Shown piece after piece: positions 52,701 through 61,700 of a stretch of DNA of 64,000 bases; positions within the stretch are counted from its first letter, which is position 1, and every line of letters starts with the position of its first letter. The notes beneath the pieces are model-generated. The model saw only the letters and a program-made list of their open reading frames with translations. It ran no database searches and had not been told where the DNA came from. Made by a program: the position numbers and the translations under genes. Source of the stretch: Tubiluchus corallicola (Eukaryota > Animalia > Priapulida); contig JAQGDQ010000333.1 of the NCBI GenBank assembly GCA_030141605.1, positions 186,001 to 250,000 of the forward strand. The letters run 5' to 3'.

Positions 52701-55700
52701 GACTTGACACTACCTAGCCACATACCAAAAATGGTGGCCCTAGCTCAAACATATCTAGAGAGCTAGGAGGAGGAGGAGATCCAGCCTAATGAAAAAAACA
52801 AGCATTCGGCTCTGTCACCTTTGACCCAGGGGTAGCGGGTTATGTGCAAACATGAATCCCCCTACCTTGGGGAATGCACCCTGTGAGTTTTGTGAACCTA
52901 GCCCTGTGAGTGTGTGAGTTATTAAAGAAACAAAACGTCGCAAATAATAATAAAGAATGAAAACCGGGAGTAAACCAAGAAGATTCTGCTGTAATTTCAA
53001 TTATTTAAGAAAATTTGGCAATCCAATAATAAACTAACTGCCCATTTTATTCTGGCTAACAAGCATATAAGCTAAATATAATTTAAAACGACATATTTAT
53101 TGTCCATTCCCCGTACTATTTTTATTAGAAAGTGATTATAAAAATTACTAGTGAGTACAAGTGGACGTCCTTTGTGATTTGAGTGCATAGATTTAAATGC
53201 CATGCATGAGTAGAAAAGTACTGCATATTGAACAGTACCTTAAAAGTGTGTCGTTCAAAAGCTGTTTTTTCCTTATAGTCCAAAATCAGTTTTTGTATTG
53301 TACCACATGGTGCCCATTGTTTCTAAATCAAACAATTTAAATCTATTTAAATTTAAAACAATTAGATTAAATCTAAAACAATAAAACAAATCTAGATTCA
53401 AAAAAATTTAAATGTCAAATAATTTAAATCAATATGATGCCCAAGTCAAACAATTTAAATCTATGCACTTGAGTCATACAAAAAAACCATTTTACAGCAG
53501 TTTATTAGGACAATGCACTTTTAACAGTAGCTCTGTAATGGGCATTTAGTAAAGCTTTAGTGAACTAGAAAACTAGTGATGATGATTGTGATGACAGTGA
53601 TAATGGTGACAATGGTTGTGATGTTGTGATAATGATGATGGTGTAATTACTAATAATGATAGTAGCAATATTACTTCGAGTACAATATTACTTCAATTAC
53701 ATTTGATCATAGGCTGGCTATCTTACAAAAGCTGTTGACATGGCATTTAAAGGCAATCAGACATCGGCACTGCACATGATTTCTGGTGACATACGAGACA
53801 ATGTAGATCCGGAACTTATCTCAAAAATGGTGACCTTCTTTACAGAAAACCATCAAATAGACAAAGCAGTTGATATGCTAGTGAAAAGTAAGCGGGTGAG
53901 TGCATATAGCATTAAATGTAGGAAATGCATTTAGGGATAAAAAGTAGGTAAATTTCTAGCTGTTACCTAACCTATTAGCAAAGTTGTAAATTTCCATATT
54001 TTTTAAAACTTTGTTTACCAAAGGATAACTAAATCCTTATTCGAGATCTAAGATTTTTGGTGAATTCATTCAGTATGTTGGAAAGTTCGTACAATGTTAA
54101 CACCCATTTTGTAATTATTAAAATTTATTAATGCTGTTTATTTATTTTTTCTGTTTTATCATTAGCCAGTGCTGAGCGTAAGTTAACAAATTGTGTTATT
54201 GATGATGTCTGCATTTGTTTACAGTATTTTGATGCACTGGATTTATGTGTTGGACATAACATACAGATCACTGAAGAATTAGCAGAACAGTTTACTCTAG
54301 AGAAAGAGAATGTCGATGCAGCAACACGGAATAAGTTGCTGGAGAAGATAGCTGACTGTGCTATGCAACAAAGATCGTATCACTTGGCAACAAAGAAATT
54401 CACACAAGCTGGCAATAAAGTGAAGGCAGGTTATGTTGTTATTTCACTTTCCGACATTTTGCAATATATCTTGGTTACACACGTGCACTTCAAATATGCC
54501 CTGTAACAAAACTAGGGATTCCTAGAAACTGTGGTCATTTTTATGTTATAGCTTGTACATATATGAGGCTGTAGAGATTTGATTGTAGAGCTCAGTAGAG
54601 ATAGAGACTGTATTGTAGTGGGCGCATTTGTAGCGGGTACATGGTTATGAGGTGGGCGCATTTTATGTGTTTAGTGTGTGATTTCCCAGGTTTGATACTC
54701 ACTCCAGGCAGTACATTCGTAAACCTTGGTTGTTTAGCAGAAAGAACGTATATACATCAAAATATGGCTGAGAAACTTCTGTTGGTTTGGTATCTCATCT
54801 TAGAGACATATCCTTGATATAGAATGAGGCTCTTCTCATTGAATAGGCTCTGCCTTTGTGAGATTCTGGCTTGCAGTGTGCAGAAGTGCATAAAATGTAG
54901 GTAAGATTGAAAATCTGTCAGGGTTTAGTTCACCTTTAAAACTAGAGTCACTTTTTCTACATGTATGTGAATTGTCAACCAAGACCTTATTGTCTCTCTT
55001 ATATGTGAAACTTTGATGTTTTTGTTTCCTAGTTGAAGTTAATACGAACACAATTTTTCTTTGAAATTTACAAACTTATAGATGTTATTGACGATTGGCA
55101 TTACTTTTAATTTAATTGATGTTTGCTTTCTGTTAGGCTATGAGAGCTTTACTGAAATCTGGAGATACAGAAAAGATCGTCTTTTTTGCAAATGTGTCAA
55201 GGCAGAAGGAAATTTACGTCATGGCAGCTAACTATCTTCAGACATTGGATTGGAGGAAAGAGCCGGAGCTTATGAAACATATTATTACATTCTATACTAA
55301 AGGCAGGGCTTTAGAATCGTTGGCTGGTTTCTATGATGCTTGTGCTCAGGTATCCAATTTTTTTAGTTAAAGATGCTTGGGATTGTCATATAACCGTGTA
55401 ACTACTTTTTTGTAGTATTACTGTTTAAACTGCAAATTAACAGAAACATACATAAAGTTTGAGCCTAATAAGTTGAAACAAAATATTGTGTAGCAAAAAT
55501 ACTCAAATGCAAAATACATAGCTAATTAAATAGTGAAAATGTAACCTAAAATATTACAGCACGTTTTCTGACGTGTGATAGAAGTTCAGCCAAAGAGTGG
55601 TGCAGTTTTCCTACTTACATCATAGCAGCATATAGTTGGCTTAAAGATGAAATACATGTAGTACTAAGACAAGGAAAAAATACAAATATTTGGCAATACA

Positions 55701-58700
55701 ATAACAAAAATTAGTGCCCCAATTCACACATTAAGCTTTGCCACGTCAGTGACTTCGCTCACACCTTTTACCTGCATTATACTACTGCCACATGGTGTTT
55801 GAAATTCAGAAAAAATCCTTACAAACCGTTTCTTGTTTTGTTTAAATTACAGTTCCACATCTGCCTACATATACAGCACAAGGCATGGAGTTTATCACAT
55901 GACAACTGAGCTAATTAATACCATTCGTTATTAGTATTTGCATTCACATAAATTGTGCCGTCGTCAGCAAATCTAAACTTCTAAACATTTCTGTTTGGGT
56001 CAATTTCACTAAACATATCTGATACATACAGAATAAACATTAGTGGTGACAGGACATTTCTGTGCGGTACACCTGCATGACACGACAGTTCTTCTGACAA
56101 ATAATTTTCAATTCATATTTTAATATGCCTGTTTTTCAGAATTGAGCAAATTAGTCTGAAAAGCCTGCCTGCTACACCTGCTTGGGCTAACTTAAATATT
56201 AAACCGTTCATACAAATGTTATCGAAGACACAAAAGAATGCAATGTCAGGACAGTTTTGAAGCCTGTTTCTTTCAATAGTGGAAACTAGTCTAAGCAGAT
56301 ACCGATTTGTGCTACCCAATGGTAGAAACCCTTCCTGCTCTTGATCTACAATGCTATTGTCATTTAACCAGGTCCACAATCTGACTTATATGGGCTTTTC
56401 TACTATTTTGCCATAATAGATGCAATCGTAATTGGCCTATAATTTGAGGGGTCACTGTAATCGTTTCTTCCATTTTTACAGAGGAATATTACTTTTGTGC
56501 TGTTTGGCCATTTATCAGTTCTTAAACATAGATTAGCTAGATTTAGTAATAAACTGCTCCCCCAAAAACACATGCTCATGTTTCAACATGAGTGAGTGAC
56601 ATCCATCACAGTCCATGCTTTTATTAGAAACCTTCATGTTTCTTTATCGCAAAAGTGAGTTCAACTATTGTAAAATTTGCATTAAACCAACTATTAGCTT
56701 CTTGCTTTTAATTTAATTCCTTCAGCTACTTCATTTTCTACATATTCGAACCATGCTTGATCAAAGTGTTAGTGTATTTGCAGCTAAACGGCAGAACGTC
56801 TCAGCCACACATGCATTTCACTGCATTTTAGACCATTTTGCTGTTGTTTGTAGCTATTTCCTTAGGCAAGGTCCTAGTTTAAAACTGATTATGTCACTTC
56901 AAACTCGTGACTTATAATTTCATTACTACCATGAAAGGGGGTGCCAGCCTGTAAATGCGGAAGTGCAGTTATAGTTAGTTAAAAACTGTCTGGACAACGG
57001 AAATCGAAAGAGAATCGACACTATATAAGTGATATACGCAAACATAACTTCACTATGCAAATCATCTTACTGCTCGGGTATTGTGCAAACAAACAAGGGA
57101 TTAATATGTTTCTTTGTTTACAGCTAAAAAAATTTATTTAGCCATAAAAAAATTTTTCTTAAGAAATTCTGTGGACGCACAGGCGTCAGCGCATCCACCT
57201 GCCAGAGCCCGTGATGCAAGTATTTTAAATTATTAAGAATTTTCTTTTCCAGGTATATAAGTCTTTCAAACAAGTAAACGTAATGCTAAGTAATATAACG
57301 CACTATGAAAGTTCTCTAGGATATACTTTGAAATTGCCTTTTCTCTCCCTTTAAGCAAGAGGTTTGTTGATTGACATTGCTTCTAGAATACCATTTTCGA
57401 TGTAGAGAAAAAACCTGGCCAGTGAATAATATACTTATATTATTAAGCCCTGAGTACTTGAACATACTGACATGTCTCATATGCTCCCTCTGGAACTTGA
57501 GACTTCATTGGAACGAACATCCTTGATAATTTCGTGATAAATTTATAGTTGTGTGGGCATGCATAAGGAGCAAGAGTAAAGACACATTCCCATTTTCATA
57601 TTAGCCTTAGTCTGTGAAATACAGTTTAGGCATTGTATGACGATTTGTTTGAAAGTTTTTTTTTATTTTGCTATATGTTTTGAACAATTAGTAGTTGAAT
57701 AATAGTTTTTATTTGATTTATGATTTATTTGCAGGCCATTGGAAACTTATAAGCACTGGCTAATACATTTCTCTTTGCTTAGAACTTGATGTTTATTTGT
57801 TAGGTTGAAATAGATGAATACCAGAATTACGAGAAAGCACTCGGTGCTTTGAATGAAGCTTATAAGTGTCTGTCAAGAACAAAGATGGATAACCAAGCTG
57901 AGCACGATGAAAAGATGAATGCCATGAAGTCAAAAATTGATCTTGTTAAGAGATTTGTCCAAGCTAGACGGTAAGTGCTAACTCATTGTTCACCTGTCGG
58001 CTGTTGTTGTGAATGAAAATGTACTGATAGCCTAGTGGGAATTCTACTGAAATCCCAATTTCTTCACTTACTTTTTCTTGATGTGTCAAAGGCTTTTCAT
58101 ACAGTTAAAATAAGCATCTTACTTAACAAATTATCAGAAGTTTTAGAAGAAGACGAGTTGTATTTTGTCAGCATATTCTTGTAAAATCTCACTATTCAAG
58201 TCTGATATGAAGGAAGGATGAGTGTCTCATTCTATTTTAACATCAGTGTACCTCATGGGAATTGTTTGAGCTCCGAATTTTTCCCTTTTTATTTTGCTGT
58301 AGCTATGACAGATGATAACTATGCACATTGTGAAGAAATGAAGAACCATACTTACATAGATCTTAATTCAGGAAACTTAAGACCAGATATACTTGTTGAA
58401 CATAATTGTGGTACATTTAGAAGACCTTCATCTTTAATCTCAATGTAATGTGCAGATGATATAGCTTGCATTACAGCTAATATATACGAACTGGAAGATG
58501 TAAAATGCACGATCGGCTGCGATTTAGAAAAATATAATCTTAAAGTCAACAATACAAAGACTAAATAATATCACATCCTGTGAAGTGATGATGCAGGGAA
58601 AAAATGTCAATGCCAACATACAACAAAAGAAAAATTTTCTGTAGGATTGTTTGCTTATACAGTTCTCACAACCATTTTTCAAAATAATAGACCTTGTCTT

Positions 58701-61700
58701 GAAACTGATTTTCAATCTAACCTGGTTGCTATTGCAATTGCTAAGGCAAACAGTAACCATGGCAACAAATTTATGAGAATAACATTTTATACATTAGACT
58801 AAGAATTTGATTGCCAAGGCTAATGCTGTGTAGGATTGTCTTAAAATTCAACAGACCATAAAAAATTTTCCAGAAAGCCAATTCATAGGGGAAATTTTTC
58901 TGTTATACTACGTAACATCACGGAGAATAACCCTATAATCGGAGAATTTACTTCGCCTGCTGCACATGACTGTGCCTGTTTTTTGCACCGTGTCCTTGTA
59001 AAAGTAACGATTTTGCTATCCACTATCTGTGTTTTATGATACTGTGCTCAGACAGCTTCTGTATAATCATTTGCACAAATTCATTGTGTTGCTTATTATC
59101 CTTTGGCATCAGTATCACCTGTAACACCAGCTATTGTTTTATTGTAAATGAAGAAAAGTTAGTTATTAACGGCCAAGTTGATGTCTTCAAACTGATATAA
59201 TTTCATGTTTAAAAAAAGACGAGAGTGGTCAGTTTTTCAGTTTATTCAGGCTTGTTGGCGATGCTCTACTTTCGGTGCAAACATTGAAACTCATGCATGC
59301 TGTCTTGTCTGTCCTTTTGCTGCACTTAATTTCTTGGATTTTTCTTTTGTATAAAGTAAAATTGTATGTATTAATTTCGCTGGTATATATATATATATAT
59401 ATATATATCGCTGGACGAGGCTACAGGTCCAACAACGGCACCATTTTCAATGATCTATACATCAAACAAAAGGTCCAGACCCACAGATTTGCCATTGAGT
59501 GTTTATTTTTCGAATTGGGCCCACCGGGACGAACGGCGGGCAAAAACCTCCAAAAATGGCCATTTTTTGCAAAACTTCTACCTCTTATTTCTGGAGAACG
59601 GGAATGTGTCTGGCATGGTGCCAGTAATGGTTAAGTAACCCATTCTACGGTGAGCGTTATAGTCACATTTAGAATTCTGGGGAGGGCCATGGCGCCCCAT
59701 GACGGATGTTTTCCCGGAGCCAACCACGCAAATTTTGCGGAAAACTGCTCAAACAGCCTCTAGGAAAACTCAACTTGTGGAACTGTTTGGGCATGCTGGG
59801 TAAAAACAAACACACTCGCAGAAAGACAATGAAATGGGAGGGGTGTATTTCGAAGTTCTTTTTCTACCCCCTGTGCTGCACGCTATCTGGAACATCCATT
59901 GTCTTTGAGTGGCTGTTCCAGGCATTGTCTTCTACAGTGGTATAGATTGTACATATAAATAAGTTCTGTTAGCTTATTATCATCTGAGAAGCAGCAAAAA
60001 AAACTATGTGGAATGTCCGCACATTATTGATCATGGGTAAACAGACTAAGAGCATTTATTATAGCACACAGTTTCGATTTTGTGGAAAATGTTTGGAATG
60101 GTTTTGTTGTGATTCTGTGCTGTTGGTGCTGGTGCCATAGGTGTCGTTGTCGTTGCCACCATCATCATCATCATCAACATCATGATCACCATGCGAGGTG
60201 GTGGATTTGATGTGGTGTGGGTTGTGTGGTGTGGTGGTGGTGTTCTGTGGGTGTTCTGCTATTGATGGTGTGGTGGGGTGGTAGGGTGTGGTTCAGTGTG
60301 GTCTGGGCGGCATTCTGTGGTATTGATAATGTGGTGTGTGTGGTGTTGGTGGAGTGATGTGTGTGTGGTGTTGGTAGAGTGGTGTGGGTGGCAGAGCATG
60401 GGTGGTGTGGTGTGGGTAGTGTGGTATGGTGTGGTGTGTGGGTGGTGCGGTGCAGTGCAGTGTGGTGGTATGGTGTGGCGCAGTGTGGTGTGATGTGGTG
60501 GAGTGATATGGTGTGGGTTATGTGTTGATTTATGTGAAAATTCTTTTTTGCGGGGTTTGGCTAGTCACAATGAATTTACTTCAAAAGCTTTTGTAGTGAA
60601 TTGGACATATTATTGCACTATGAGAAAGAGAAGTTACCTTAAGTCCAGTGACTTGTTGTGGACACGCAATAAAGATCATGATGCCACAATGTGATAACGA
60701 ATTTTTGTGTAGTGGCATAAGGTGAATAAAGATATGAATCAGGGAGGAACTGTAAAATACTTATTTTTTTTGCAGGTCTTATGATGACAATCAGACAGAA
60801 GGAGTAAAGTTATTCCAAGTTTTACTGGAGGAACCAGGCATTGAACAAGCAATCCGGATTGGAGATATTTTTGGATTTTTAGTAGAGCACTATACTCGTA
60901 ATGAAAAATATAAAATGGTTTGTTGCATTTAATTGCTTTTTTGTTTTAGCAATTTAACGTATAATAAATATTGAGCAGTCTGTGCGTATTTGTATTTCTA
61001 TTGTGCTATATTTGCTTGTACTTTGAGGCAATTTGAAACTGGACAAATTGTTGGGAATGGAAATTGTTAGTAAAATTAGTAGTACGTAGAACATTACTGG
61101 AATGATCCTTAACTCACATGTTAGAAACGTGTATTTTTGCCAGGTACACTGAAATTAGGGTTGCCAGTTGCCAAATAAAGAGACTGAGGACAAATCAGTT
61201 AGGGCATTCGAATGGATGGGCTTTGTCATAAACGCCCACACTGCAAGGGTACTCACTAATGTACTAAACAAAATTTAATTAGGTAGATTAAGTTACACAT
61301 AGACACGACACATGAATGTAAGATGGAAGCTGACTGATAATGATAACTTAATAACATTTGTGCTATTAAGACATCACCAAGACAAGTGAACAGTAAATCA
61401 TGCATATGTACATCCACAAACTGTAATTCAACATTGCCGAAGCTAGAAGACATTTCCATGTCACTGTTTGTTATTTCCCTAGCAAACTATGGCAAAAATT
61501 AGCAACAAAAGGCAGAAACAAGGTGCAATCTCTGAAAACACGGCACATCTGGTAACCCTAATTGGAAATTTAGAACACATATTACTGAGTTACGACTCAC
61601 TTATCATCAAATTTAAAGTACTAATGCTAAATAGATGCTGAGGACATTTCATAATGTTCTGACAAGAAGAAACTGTTTTTGAAATTTTTAGGCCTATTCT

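Noticed and set aside
54580-54720. tRNA gene or tRNA-derived SINE (A-box- and B-box-like motifs)
   Set aside because: No cloverleaf can be drawn, and spacing and motifs are too degenerate.
57735-57803. Alternative upstream acceptor for exon 28 (TTTGCAG) adding a stop
   Set aside because: Such motifs are frequent in AT-rich introns and there is no transcript evidence.
60278-60493. Val/Trp/Cys/Gly-rich ORF
   Set aside because: Translation of the GT-rich low-complexity tract.
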